Of a DNA stretch of 64,000 bases, positions 48,224-57,285 are shown piece after piece. A program made the position numbers and the translations under genes. The notes below the pieces were generated by a model. The model made no database searches, was not told the origin of the DNA, and was given only the letters and a program-made list of their open reading frames with translations. The stretch covers positions 2,132 through 66,131 of the forward strand of contig JAHENB010000009.1 in the NCBI GenBank assembly GCA_024643345.1. Reading direction: 5' to 3'. This DNA is from Maribacter sp. Lineage in GTDB: Bacteria > Bacteroidota > Bacteroidia > Flavobacteriales > Flavobacteriaceae. The stretch's first letter is position 1. Each line of letters opens with the position of its first letter.

Positions 48224-51073
48224 TTAAAACCATTTTCGGGTAAACAATCCAATGAGCGTTTTTGGGCTAACGGTAACAATAAAGCGAATTTTTTCGCCAT
48301 AGCTTGGCTGGGCGACTTCCCAACCATTATTGGAATATACTGGCAAGTAAAGTTCAAAATAATCGGTTACCAAGTTGAGACGAATTCCGGAATCATATAC
48401 AAATTTTCCGGCAAAACCCCGATTTTTCACATAACCTGCATCGCCATAGAGTTCGATCCACCGCCATATATTGAAGCTGGTATTTACCGTAGTGATCCAG
48501 TCGTTAGAAAAACGGTAGCGTTCATCAAGAATTGATTTGAACCCGCCCTCAGCGATAATGATCTGTTGACTGTATATCCCGGAATCTTCAGACCTACCAA
48601 GGTAGTCATAGTCAAAAAGGTAATCAGTGGGCCTATCGAGTGCGAAACTGAAAAAGTCGTCATTGGTTTTGTTCCTAAGAAATTTACCGGCAAAAAAACG
48701 AAGGTTGAATTGCTGATTGCTTTCAAAAAGTTTGCGGTATTCAAACTCGAACACCAATTTGGTGAACTCGCTTGCCTGTTGAAAATCGATGAACCAAGAT
48801 TTATAATCAATGATATGGTTGTCCACGTCTATGTACCGAGCATTGAATACGCTATAATCGGGACTTTCAGGGGCGCTTCCCGCTGCCCTCAAACTTTCGT
48901 CAAGATTCCTGAAAATGTTCACGTGGCGAAATAAAAGGGCCTGTCTTTTGTTCGATAACAGATTTTCGGGTCGCCAACCGAAACTCACGGAAGGCGTTAT
49001 GGTAGAATACCTTGAATTCACATCGAAATGAGAGGTAGAACCACGTATCCCATAATTGGCGACATATAGGCCACTTTTTTTCAAATATTGTCGGTAGCTA
49101 AGCTTGCCGTAACCAACGAACGATTGTTCCCTAAACGAGTAGGAGGGGGCAATATCGTAAACAAAGGGTCTTTCCAAGAGGGTTTTATTATATAATCTCA
49201 TCCCTGGGGCCCAACCATCATAGATATTAAAATTGATTACGGGAACATAGAAAATCTGGTTATAATAAGGGTTCTCGGAATCCCTAAAAAAGGTGAACTT
49301 CAATTTTTTATTGCTCGAGAAGAATCCTTTAAGTGACTTCCAATTGTCTCTTTGATTGAACTCCGGTATTACTTGATCATAATTCAAGACCAATCTTTCT
49401 TCGCCATTTCTGGGGATGGTAATGGTTTTTATGCTATCGATATGGGTAAACCAATATTTAGAAACCACCGAGTCTTTACGAAGTCCAAATAAAGATATGG
49501 GCACATCGGTACCCTGCTTGTTTTTTAAACTCACCCTGAGGGAATCATACATTTTCTCAACATTGGTAATCTTAAAATCGATTTTTCTATCGGTTGAAAC
49601 ATAATCCTGAAAAAACCAATCGATATCCATATCCGTTGCCCTTTTCAATATCGATTCAAAGTCAAGGGTCTTAATATTGTTCTGTTGGTAATATTCATAG
49701 AAGGTTTTGATGCTCTGATCTACTTTATCCTTTCCAATATAATTTGCCAAATAGGCAAGACCCAATCCTGCCTTGTATTTATTTGCAATTTTCTGATTAA
49801 ACTTGATCAACGAATCGTTCGGGGTCGTAAGCGGTTGGTCTAAATTTCTTCGGGCGGTGAGCATATAAAGAAATGGGTACTGCTCATTAAAATCCATTTT
49901 GGCCAAATTAAAATTTCTAATGCCCCAGAGGGTCGATAATTTTCCCAAAAGCTTCTGATCGGGGTAATACTGCTCTACATATTCGATCATCAAATAATTG
50001 GCAATGGCATCGGTAAGCCATTGGTCTTTTCTGGGGTCTATAAAGATGGTCTCTTCCAGCATTTTACGTAAGGCGGTTTTGAGGAATTTCATTTCAAACT
50101 GAAATTGTTCCTCATAGGGCCTGATGAAAGAGGGCAACTGGTTAAGTCCATAAAGTGGATTTTTGTCGTAATCAATTTCACTCACCAAAAGTTGTGGATG
50201 CGGATAGTCTCCCAAGTTTTTTCTAATGAATTCGGAAATCTTTAGTATGGAAATGCCCTGCGATATCTCATCATATTTGGTAGCATCGATATCAGTGGCG
50301 ATGGTGAGGCCAGGAGTCACATGTGTGGTAAACCGCTTCAATGGACTTAAAATGATTTCACAGCTCTTGCGTTTGATCCCCACCAATTGTGCCTTTTGCC
50401 CTGATGGAAATTTCGTGTTGCCCAAAATTCCAAAATTGGAGGTGATGAAAAGGTTTTCAGGATAGCTTAAATTAATGGTTGTATTGGTGATGTCGGTATA
50501 TAGGTCCTCCAAATTCTTGTTTGAATAGAGATGCCATTCTCCATTGAACACTGCCGGTGTCAGATACCAATCTTTCAAAAAGTAGTTGTTTTGCCATCCA
50601 TACCCATATGTGGTAAACCTATTCGATGGCAATTTCACGGTATAGGTAAAAGACAGTTTAACCGATGACTTTGGGGGCAAGGGTTCATTGAGCGTTATTT
50701 TGAGGATATCCTTTTCCTTTGTGCGTTCCCATTTCAATCCCCGATAATTATCATCAACCGCACTGATTATTTGCGTACTGCCACGTTCATCTTCCTTGGC
50801 CAGGTGAAGACTCCGTTTGAACTCATCCGCAAACCGCTTAGCCAATCCGGTGTTTTTGTCGGAATAGGCGTGGGCCCAGTCATTAAAATACAAGACCTCC
50901 AAGGTCTCATCGCTGGCATTCGAATAAATGAACTCTTGGTTGATGTTAATTTCCTTGGTATCGCCTTTTAATGTTGCGTTAAGGGTATTTGTATGTTGTG
51001 AAAAGACCGTTACCGTTTTGAACAAAACGGTTGGCAATAGGAAAAGAAGCGTTAAAAAATTGATTTTTTTCAA
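48224..51073 (-). CDS. aminopeptidase-N-like protein with a degenerate active site and an Omp85-like C-terminal barrel
   Basis: 949 aa with a signal peptide after a TTG start. The M1-like region aligns to the true M1 enzyme, but HEVGH is replaced by KTALR and MDEGL by LTDAI. The C-terminus is LYGDAGYV...YDSGIRLNL...TRKWF. Confidence 0.75.
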   Translation of the reverse strand: MKKINFLTLLFLLPTVLFKTVTVFSQHTNTLNATLKGDTKEININQEFIYSNASDETLEVLYFNDWAHAYSDKNTGLAKRFADEFKRSLHLAKEDERGSTQIISAVDDNYRGLKWERTKEKDILKITLNEPLPPKSSVKLSFTYTVKLPSNRFTTYGYGWQNNYFLKDWYLTPAVFNGEWHLYSNKNLEDLYTDITNTTINLSYPENLFITSNFGILGNTKFPSGQKAQLVGIKRKSCEIILSPLKRFTTHVTPGLTIATDIDATKYDEISQGISILKISEFIRKNLGDYPHPQLLVSEIDYDKNPLYGLNQLPSFIRPYEEQFQFEMKFLKTALRKMLEETIFIDPRKDQWLTDAIANYLMIEYVEQYYPDQKLLGKLSTLWGIRNFNLAKMDFNEQYPFLYMLTARRNLDQPLTTPNDSLIKFNQKIANKYKAGLGLAYLANYIGKDKVDQSIKTFYEYYQQNNIKTLDFESILKRATDMDIDWFFQDYVSTDRKIDFKITNVEKMYDSLRVSLKNKQGTDVPISLFGLRKDSVVSKYWFTHIDSIKTITIPRNGEERLVLNYDQVIPEFNQRDNWKSLKGFFSSNKKLKFTFFRDSENPYYNQIFYVPVINFNIYDGWAPGMRLYNKTLLERPFVYDIAPSYSFREQSFVGYGKLSYRQYLKKSGLYVANYGIRGSTSHFDVNSRYSTITPSVSFGWRPENLLSNKRQALLFRHVNIFRNLDESLRAAGSAPESPDYSVFNARYIDVDNHIIDYKSWFIDFQQASEFTKLVFEFEYRKLFESNQQFNLRFFAGKFLRNKTNDDFFSFALDRPTDYLFDYDYLGRSEDSGIYSQQIIIAEGGFKSILDERYRFSNDWITTVNTSFNIWRWIELYGDAGYVKNRGFAGKFVYDSGIRLNLVTDYFELYLPVYSNNGWEVAQPSYGEKIRFIVTVSPKTLIGLFTRKWF

Positions 51074-51081
51074 GGGAAGAT

Positions 51082-51768
51082 TTAAAAATTAGGGCTCAAA
51101 ATGTGCCCTTTATAAAATGCATCAATGATTTCAACTACCTCTTCTTTGTCATCTACAATATGAATCAGGTTCAAATCCTCAGGACTGATATTCCCAAATT
51201 GGAGCATGGTAGACTTGATCCAATCGAATAAACCGTTCCAAAAGGTACTGCCCACCAGAATGATGGGAAATTTTTCGATTTTATGGGTCTGGATCAAAGT
51301 AATGGCCTCAAACAGTTCGTCCAAAGTGCCAAAACCTCCCGGCATCACCACAAATCCTTGAGAATATTTGACGAACATCACTTTTCGAACAAAAAAGTAG
51401 TCAAAGTCCAAACTCTTATCGTTATCAATATACGGGTTGTCGTGCTGTTCAAAGGGGAGATCTATATTCAATCCCACCGACGTACCACCCGCCAAATGGG
51501 CGCCACGATTGCCGGCCTCCATAATACCGGGACCACCTCCGGTGATTATGCCATAGCCAGCTTCTGAGATACTTTTAGATATTTCCACCGCCAATTCGTA
51601 GTACGGATTGTCTTCTTTGGTCCTTGCCGATCCAAAAATAGAAATGCACGGTCCAATGGAACCCATCCTTTCGAAACCATTGACGAATTCCCCCATTATT
51701 TTAAAAATGGCCCAGGAATCATTGGTCTTTAATTCGTTCCATCCTTTATGGTGCTGTTCTTTTCTCAT
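51082..51768 (-). CDS. LOG family protein (TIGR00730)
   Basis: 228 aa with the motifs GGGPGIMEA and PGGFGTLDELFE. Confidence 0.9.
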   Translation of the reverse strand: MRKEQHHKGWNELKTNDSWAIFKIMGEFVNGFERMGSIGPCISIFGSARTKEDNPYYELAVEISKSISEAGYGIITGGGPGIMEAGNRGAHLAGGTSVGLNIDLPFEQHDNPYIDNDKSLDFDYFFVRKVMFVKYSQGFVVMPGGFGTLDELFEAITLIQTHKIEKFPIILVGSTFWNGLFDWIKSTMLQFGNISPEDLNLIHIVDDKEEVVEIIDAFYKGHILSPNF

Positions 51769-51808
51769 ATTTATTCAGGTTGCAAAGGTGCAGTTGTTTT
51801 TCAATTGA

Positions 51809-54658
51809 TCAGTTGCTCAATACGTTTTCCTCCAATTCTTTCCTCAAAAACTTTGCCGTATAGCTTTTTTTATCTTGGGCCACCGTTTCAGGTGTTCCTT
51901 TGGCAACCAACATACCACCGCCTCGCCCTCCTTCGTAGCCGATATCGATAAGATGATCGCACATTTTGATCACATCCATATTGTGTTCTATCACCAAGAT
52001 AGTGTTGCCTTTATCCACCAGCTTGTTCAACACTTCCATCAAAACCCTGATGTCTTCAAAATGGAGTCCGGTAGTAGGTTCGTCCAAAATATAAAATGTA
52101 TTGCCCGTATCGCGCTTGGAAAGCTCAGTAGCCAATTTAATGCGCTGTGCCTCGCCCCCTGACAACGTGGTCGATTGTTGTCCCAATGAAATGTATCCCA
52201 GGCCTACATCTTGAATGGTTTTTAATTTTCTATGGATTTTAGGGATCAATTCAAAAAATGCCACCGCTTCGTTGATGGTCATATCCAAAACGTCCGAAAT
52301 CGATTTTCCTTTATACCTGATTTCCAATGTTTCTCTGTTGAAACGTTTGCCATAGCAGGTTTCACACTCAACATAGACATCGGGTAAAAAATTCATTTCA
52401 ATTACCCTCAGACCTCCTCCTTGGCAAGTTTCGCAACGTCCGCCCTTTACATTAAAACTAAATCTCCCGGGTTTGTAGCCACGGATGGCCGCCTCAGGAG
52501 TCTTGGTAAATAAAGCCCTGATCTCGCTAAACACGCCGGTATAGGTCGCTGGGTTCGAACGGGGTGTGCGCCCAATGGGCGACTGATTGATGTCTATAAC
52601 CTTATCGATATGCTCCAAACCAGCTATTTTGCTATAGGGCATTGGTTTTTTTACCCCATTGAAATAATGGGCATTCATAATGGGGTAAAGGGTCTCATTG
52701 ATCAAAGTAGATTTTCCGCTACCCGAAACACCCGTGACCCCAATCATTTGGCCCAAAGGAAAGTCGACGGTCACGTTTTTAAGATTGTTTCCGGTGCACC
52801 CGCTGATCGTTATTTTTTTTCCGTTGCCCTTTCGGCGTTTTTTTGGTACGGCGATCTGTTTTTCCCCATTCATGTACTGTGCGGTCAGGGTATGTTGAAA
52901 TTTCAGGTCGATCGGTTTTCCCTCCGAAATGATTTCCCCACCGTGTCGACCCGCTTTGGGGCCAATATCGATTACGTGGTCGGCCCTCTCGATCATTTCC
53001 TTGTCGTGTTCAACCACAATTACGGAATTGCCCATATCCCGCAAAGATTCGAGCGAGCGGATCAAGCGGTCATTGTCTCTTTGATGCAGACCTATACTGG
53101 GCTCGTCCAAAATATAGAGTACGCCTACCAACTGGGAACCTATCTGGGTCGCCAACCGAATGCGTTGGGCTTCACCGCCCGAGAGTGTCTTCGAACCCCG
53201 GTCAAGAGACAAATAGTCTAAGCCCACATCCAACAAGAACTGTATTCTGGACCTAATTTCTTTTATGATTTCCTCCGCGATCTTTAATTGGACCCCTTCG
53301 AGCTTTGACCCCAGGCCAGTAAAGAATTCCGCCAATTCAGAAATGTCCATATGCGCCAGTTGCGCAATATTCTTTTCATCAACCTTAAAATTGAGCGATT
53401 CCCTTCTCAGCCGTGTGCCTCCACATAGGGGGCAGTTGATCTTGTCCATATATTCTTTGGCCCATCGTTTAATGGTAGTAGAGTCGGTTTCCTCGTACTG
53501 GTTTTTAATAAAATTGGATATCCCCTCATAATCGATTTTATAGGTACGCTTCACCCCGAGGGTTTTCGAGTCTATTTCGAAACTTTCCTGTGCCCCATTG
53601 AGCAGTACTTCCATCGCTTCGGCCGGTATCTTTTCAATGGCATCGGTGAGTTCGAAACCATATCGCTGGGCGATGGTCTCGATCTGTTTAAAGGCCCATG
53701 ATTTTTTATATTCCCCTAATGGTGCAATGCCCCCGCCGGTAATGGAAAGCTTTTTATTGGGAAATATTTTGTTCGGGTTCACCTCATGTACATGGCCCAA
53801 CCCATTGCATTGCGGACACATGCCCTTGGGAGAATTAAAGGAAAAAGTATTGGGTTCCGGTGAAGGGTAGGAGATGCCGGTGGTTGGGCACATCAGATCC
53901 CGACTAAAATATCTTGGCACCTTTTGTCCTTCCTCCAGAACCATCAACACATTATCACCACTATACATAGCCGTATTAATGGTTTCGGTTATTCTTTTGT
54001 CCAAATCATCCAGCATTGTGACCTTCAAGCGATCGATCACAATCTCGATATCGTGGGTCTTGTAACGATCCACTTTCATGCCTTTGACAATATCGACCAC
54101 TTCACCATCGACACGGACTTTAACAAATCCCTGTTTGGCAACCTGCTCGAAAAGTTCACGATAATGGCCTTTCCTCGATTTTACAATCGGTGCGAGGATA
54201 TTGATTTTTTTATCCCTGTACGCCGTTATGATCAACTCCTTGATCTGGGCATCGCTGTAACTGACCATTTTTTCCCCGGTATTATAGCTGTAGGCATCAC
54301 CGGCACGTGCAAATAGCAATCGTAAAAAATCATAAATTTCAGTAATGGTGCCCACGGTGGAACGGGGCGATTTGGAGGTGGTCTTTTGCTCTATGGCGAT
54401 AACAGGGGAGAGGCCATCGATTTTATCCACATCGGGTCGCTCCAGGCCACCTAAAAACTGTCGTGCATATGCCGAGAAGGTTTCGATGTACCTGCGCTGG
54501 CCCTCTGCATATATGGTGTCAAAGGCCAATGAAGATTTTCCACTTCCGGATAGCCCGGTGATAACCACTAATTTTTCCCTGGGAATAGAGACATCGATGT
54601 TCTTCAGATTATGAACCCTGGCACCCTTAACCTCTATATTTTCCTCGTAATTTATCAT
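51809..54658 (-). CDS. uvrA: excinuclease ABC subunit A
   Basis: 949 aa with [48 protein letters not shown], two ABC modules and zinc-finger Cys pairs. Confidence 0.97.
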   Translation of the reverse strand: MINYEENIEVKGARVHNLKNIDVSIPREKLVVITGLSGSGKSSLAFDTIYAEGQRRYIETFSAYARQFLGGLERPDVDKIDGLSPVIAIEQKTTSKSPRSTVGTITEIYDFLRLLFARAGDAYSYNTGEKMVSYSDAQIKELIITAYRDKKINILAPIVKSRKGHYRELFEQVAKQGFVKVRVDGEVVDIVKGMKVDRYKTHDIEIVIDRLKVTMLDDLDKRITETINTAMYSGDNVLMVLEEGQKVPRYFSRDLMCPTTGISYPSPEPNTFSFNSPKGMCPQCNGLGHVHEVNPNKIFPNKKLSITGGGIAPLGEYKKSWAFKQIETIAQRYGFELTDAIEKIPAEAMEVLLNGAQESFEIDSKTLGVKRTYKIDYEGISNFIKNQYEETDSTTIKRWAKEYMDKINCPLCGGTRLRRESLNFKVDEKNIAQLAHMDISELAEFFTGLGSKLEGVQLKIAEEIIKEIRSRIQFLLDVGLDYLSLDRGSKTLSGGEAQRIRLATQIGSQLVGVLYILDEPSIGLHQRDNDRLIRSLESLRDMGNSVIVVEHDKEMIERADHVIDIGPKAGRHGGEIISEGKPIDLKFQHTLTAQYMNGEKQIAVPKKRRKGNGKKITISGCTGNNLKNVTVDFPLGQMIGVTGVSGSGKSTLINETLYPIMNAHYFNGVKKPMPYSKIAGLEHIDKVIDINQSPIGRTPRSNPATYTGVFSEIRALFTKTPEAAIRGYKPGRFSFNVKGGRCETCQGGGLRVIEMNFLPDVYVECETCYGKRFNRETLEIRYKGKSISDVLDMTINEAVAFFELIPKIHRKLKTIQDVGLGYISLGQQSTTLSGGEAQRIKLATELSKRDTGNTFYILDEPTTGLHFEDIRVLMEVLNKLVDKGNTILVIEHNMDVIKMCDHLIDIGYEGGRGGGMLVAKGTPETVAQDKKSYTAKFLRKELEENVLSN

Positions 54659-54747
54659 TTTTCATCGCAAAGTTGCCAAGGTACGATTTTGACGAGTAAA
54701 AAGTAAATGGCTCTGATTAATATCTTTGTTAATTGCAGGTTACATTA

Positions 54748-54755
54748 TACATTTG
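54748..54755 (+). promoter_or_regulatory. candidate -7 box TACATTTG
   Basis: It fits TAnnTTTG, 15 nt upstream of the ATG at 54770. Confidence 0.35.
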
Positions 54756-54769
54756 TCATTGAAATAAAA

Positions 54770-55306
54770 ATGATACATATGCAAGTTTTGGGAATCGGGT
54801 CGAGAATAAATCATCCAAAGTTTGGTAAGGGCGTTGTTACCAACGTCACCTCCAAACTCTATTGGGTCACCTTTATCGAAAGTGGGTTGGAAACCATAGA
54901 AATTGATGCTGACTGTGAGGTGATAGAAGCGGTCGATGACGAGGTTGATACCGTTAGTTTTTCAGAGGTGGAACAATCACTCATAAGCATTCTCAGACGC
55001 TGGAGCGATGCCAGTTCCATTTCACCCATCGCCGACAAATGGAAAGGGGGGACCCTCGTGCTGAAACCGGCAGATTCTGGTTTGTCCGAAAAAGAAGTGC
55101 CCATAGACACCTTTTTTCATAAAATTGTAATGGTTCGCGACCGGGTGCGGGTGATGGAACAAAAAATAAACGCCAGTACAAACCTTGATGATCAGGAGAA
55201 AGTTGATTTGCAGCAATACATCACCAGAATTTATGGGAGCCTAACGACCTTCAACATCTTGTTCAAAAACCAGAGCGATCAGTTTGTCGGTGAAAAAACC
55301 AAATAA
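54770..55306 (+). CDS. hypothetical protein with a UvrD/PcrA C-terminal (Tudor-like) motif at its N-terminus
   Basis: The track starts at 54707. The ATG at 54770 gives MIHMQVLGIGSRINHPKFGKGVVTNV, and HxKFGxGxV is the signature of the UvrD/PcrA/Rep C-terminal domain. The remaining ~130 aa are unrecognised. Confidence 0.6.
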   Translation: MIHMQVLGIGSRINHPKFGKGVVTNVTSKLYWVTFIESGLETIEIDADCEVIEAVDDEVDTVSFSEVEQSLISILRRWSDASSISPIADKWKGGTLVLKPADSGLSEKEVPIDTFFHKIVMVRDRVRVMEQKINASTNLDDQEKVDLQQYITRIYGSLTTFNILFKNQSDQFVGEKTK

Positions 55307-55356
55307 CAAAACAATTTGAAATTCCAGAAACGATTTCCATAAAAAAAATTGGGCTC

Positions 55357-56130
55357 TTAAACCGCCTTTCTTGCACCAAAAAAATCACTTTTGGCATTGG
55401 ATCCGATTCCTGGGAAAACAAAGGGAACAATCTTCGATTTCAAGGGCAAGCCCTTTAAAGCGGTTTTCCAATACTCCTTTAGGTCTGCATTTGTTTCTGG
55501 GGAATTTCCTGCTACAACAAAACGCTCCGTTTTAAAAACCTTTAATTTCAAATTGATGAACTCGTTGGATTTCCCATTCGAATGCAACCCATATTTGCGT
55601 TTATAATCAAATATGATCCATTCCTGTTCCGGAAACCTGAAACGAAAATGTTTTGATAGCAAGGGCAAAACATTAAAATTCGGCGCAATCAGGGAATATT
55701 GGATGTTGTCAAAGGAAGCTTCAAATTTAATATTGGCCTCCAACTTTCCCTTTTCCTTGGCCACCTGATTGGCCAATTGGCTAATCTTCATATCAATATG
55801 ATCGCAGGGAATTGTTAAGGACCCCGAACCATTATGGAATAAATTTCTAATATAACGATAGAGCATCTGCTCTATTCCCGAATGTTCGCTCAGAAAGGAG
55901 AAATAGACCTGTTTTACGGCCACTGCACTTTTGGCTTCAATGCCGTTCCATACCCGCTTGGCATAGTCCAAATGGGTCAAAATCGTTTCCGTTTCAAGGA
56001 AAAGGGTATTTTGACATCCATTATCGGGCCTAAAGTCTACCACTGCCTCGTTTCGCGCAAAGGCTACAAAAATGGCCGTCAAAAAACCATTGAAACTTCC
56101 GTCGTAAAGATAAATTTTCGCATTTTCCAT
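55357..56130 (-). CDS. TIGR03915-family putative DNA metabolism/repair protein
   Basis: 257 aa. The motifs IYLYDGSFNGFLTAIF, MLYRYIRNLF and NVLPLLSKHFRFRFPEQEWIIFDYKRKYG match my memory of the family that normally follows a radical-SAM gene. Confidence 0.7.
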   Translation of the reverse strand: MENAKIYLYDGSFNGFLTAIFVAFARNEAVVDFRPDNGCQNTLFLETETILTHLDYAKRVWNGIEAKSAVAVKQVYFSFLSEHSGIEQMLYRYIRNLFHNGSGSLTIPCDHIDMKISQLANQVAKEKGKLEANIKFEASFDNIQYSLIAPNFNVLPLLSKHFRFRFPEQEWIIFDYKRKYGLHSNGKSNEFINLKLKVFKTERFVVAGNSPETNADLKEYWKTALKGLPLKSKIVPFVFPGIGSNAKSDFFGARKAV

Positions 56131-56136
56131 ATGAAT

Positions 56137-56316
56137 TTAGAATAGGCTTAATTGAATTTCTTTTATTTTTTTGGGAGAGCTTGGCCGATTTGCCCTTTGT
56201 GAAATGGCTATGGGTTTCTTATTCTTCAGTATTCTGGACACTCTGAAGAATTTGTCATCGGACCCTGCCTTGGCCAACCGGTTTAATGTAGTGGTGATTT
56301 CTTGTAATGGCATCAT
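56137..56316 (-). CDS. 59-aa ORF translationally coupled to the TIGR03915 gene
   Basis: Hand-translated codon by codon: MMPLQEITTTLNRLAKAGSDDKFFRVSRILKNKKPIAISQRANRPSSPKKIKEIQLSLF. Its stop is 6 nt before the downstream ATG and its start is 20 nt after a -7 box. It falls below the 60-aa cutoff of the track. Confidence 0.35.
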   Translation of the reverse strand: MMPLQEITTTLNRLAKAGSDDKFFRVSRILKNKKPIAISQRANRPSSPKKIKEIQLSLF

Positions 56317-56335
56317 GTCGTATTTGTAATATATC

Positions 56336-56343
56336 CAAATATA
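56336..56343 (-). promoter_or_regulatory. candidate -7 box TATATTTG for the leftward operon
   Basis: The reverse complement of CAAATATA fits TAnnTTTG, 20 nt upstream of the ATG at 56316. Confidence 0.4.
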
Positions 56344-56397
56344 TGGAATTATTCCTAAATATGGACATATTCCAAATTAAATATTGGATATATTCCA
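56344..56397. promoter_or_regulatory. array of three TGGA-N5-TCCA palindromes (candidate operator)
   Basis: The three copies are 56344-56356 TGGAattatTCCt, 56362-56374 TGGAcatatTCCA and 56385-56397 TGGAtatatTCCA. Each is preceded by AAATA. They lie between two divergent -7 boxes. Confidence 0.5.
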
Positions 56398-56404
56398 TAT
56401 TTTG

Positions 56405-56412
56405 TATATTTG
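56405..56412 (+). promoter_or_regulatory. candidate -7 box TATATTTG for the repressor gene
   Basis: It fits TAnnTTTG, about 100 nt upstream of the ATG at 56511. It is the same octamer as the leftward box. Confidence 0.35.
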
Positions 56413-56510
56413 AAGGATGTAAGTTGTTTTACAAATTGCAGAATGTTCGTTTTAAAGGAACAATTCAATGACAAAAAGAAGTATCTCTATGAACCCAATC
56501 ACACCGATCC

Positions 56511-57272
56511 ATGGAAAATGAAATCACCCTGAAACGTTTTATAGACCTTAGAAGGGATTTAGGTTATACCCAGGCAGAATTCGCAAAATTGCTGGGCATT
56601 TCAAATACTACGGCCGACATTGAGCGGGGTCGTACCAAGCTTTCCGGCAAAGTGGTGACCGAACTCCTGAAACAGTTTAAAATCAGCCCCCTATGGTTGT
56701 TTGGGGAAAGTGAGGAGAAGTTCTTGCAGACCTCAAAAACCAGTGTTATTCCCAAAGTGGTCACCGTAGATTCTTCGGACAGGGATAATATGGTACTTGT
56801 CAATGTAAAAGCGGCGGCAGGTTATCCCCAAAACATTCAAGATACCTCATGGTATCAACAACTTCCCGCTTTCGACTTCCCGATTCCGGAGTTTAGAAAC
56901 GCTACCTATAGGGGTTTTCAGGTAGAGGGTGATAGTATGCTTCCCAATTTAAAGCCTGGAGATTGGGTTTTGGCCAAAGCCATGGAACATATTGACGACG
57001 TCAGTGCCAACAAAATGTACGTGGTGGTATTGGAGGATGCCGTTTTGGTAAAAAAAATCGAGAAAAAGCCCAATTCAAACCACATTACTTTGGTTTCACT
57101 GAACGAAAATTATCCTCCTTATGAAATAAAGCCTTTTCAAATTCAGGAATTATGGGAAGTAAACAGTAAGATTACCTTCGGTTTGGATGCCACTACCGAA
57201 AAGGGCTTGTTACGACAATTACAGGAATCAATGGATGATCTGAAACGCCAGTTCAAACAAGCAAACACCTAA
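56511..57272 (+). CDS. XRE-type HTH plus S24 peptidase repressor (LexA/CI-like)
   Basis: 253 aa. It has an HTH (LGYTQAEFAKLLGISNTTADIERG), an Ala-Gly cleavage context (VKAAAGYPQ), the Ser motif VEGDSMLPN and a Lys in AVLVKKI. Confidence 0.85.
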   Translation: MENEITLKRFIDLRRDLGYTQAEFAKLLGISNTTADIERGRTKLSGKVVTELLKQFKISPLWLFGESEEKFLQTSKTSVIPKVVTVDSSDRDNMVLVNVKAAAGYPQNIQDTSWYQQLPAFDFPIPEFRNATYRGFQVEGDSMLPNLKPGDWVLAKAMEHIDDVSANKMYVVVLEDAVLVKKIEKKPNSNHITLVSLNENYPPYEIKPFQIQELWEVNSKITFGLDATTEKGLLRQLQESMDDLKRQFKQANT

Positions 57273-57285
57273 GTATCCTTAATTT

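Noticed and set aside
52610-53221. 203-aa plus-strand ORF
   Set aside because: It is antisense to uvrA, whose identity is unambiguous. The other plus-strand ORFs within 51875-54614 are also shadows.
48224-54658. The pseudo-peptidase/barrel protein and UvrA are both exactly 949 aa
   Set aside because: This is a coincidence; the sequences are unrelated.
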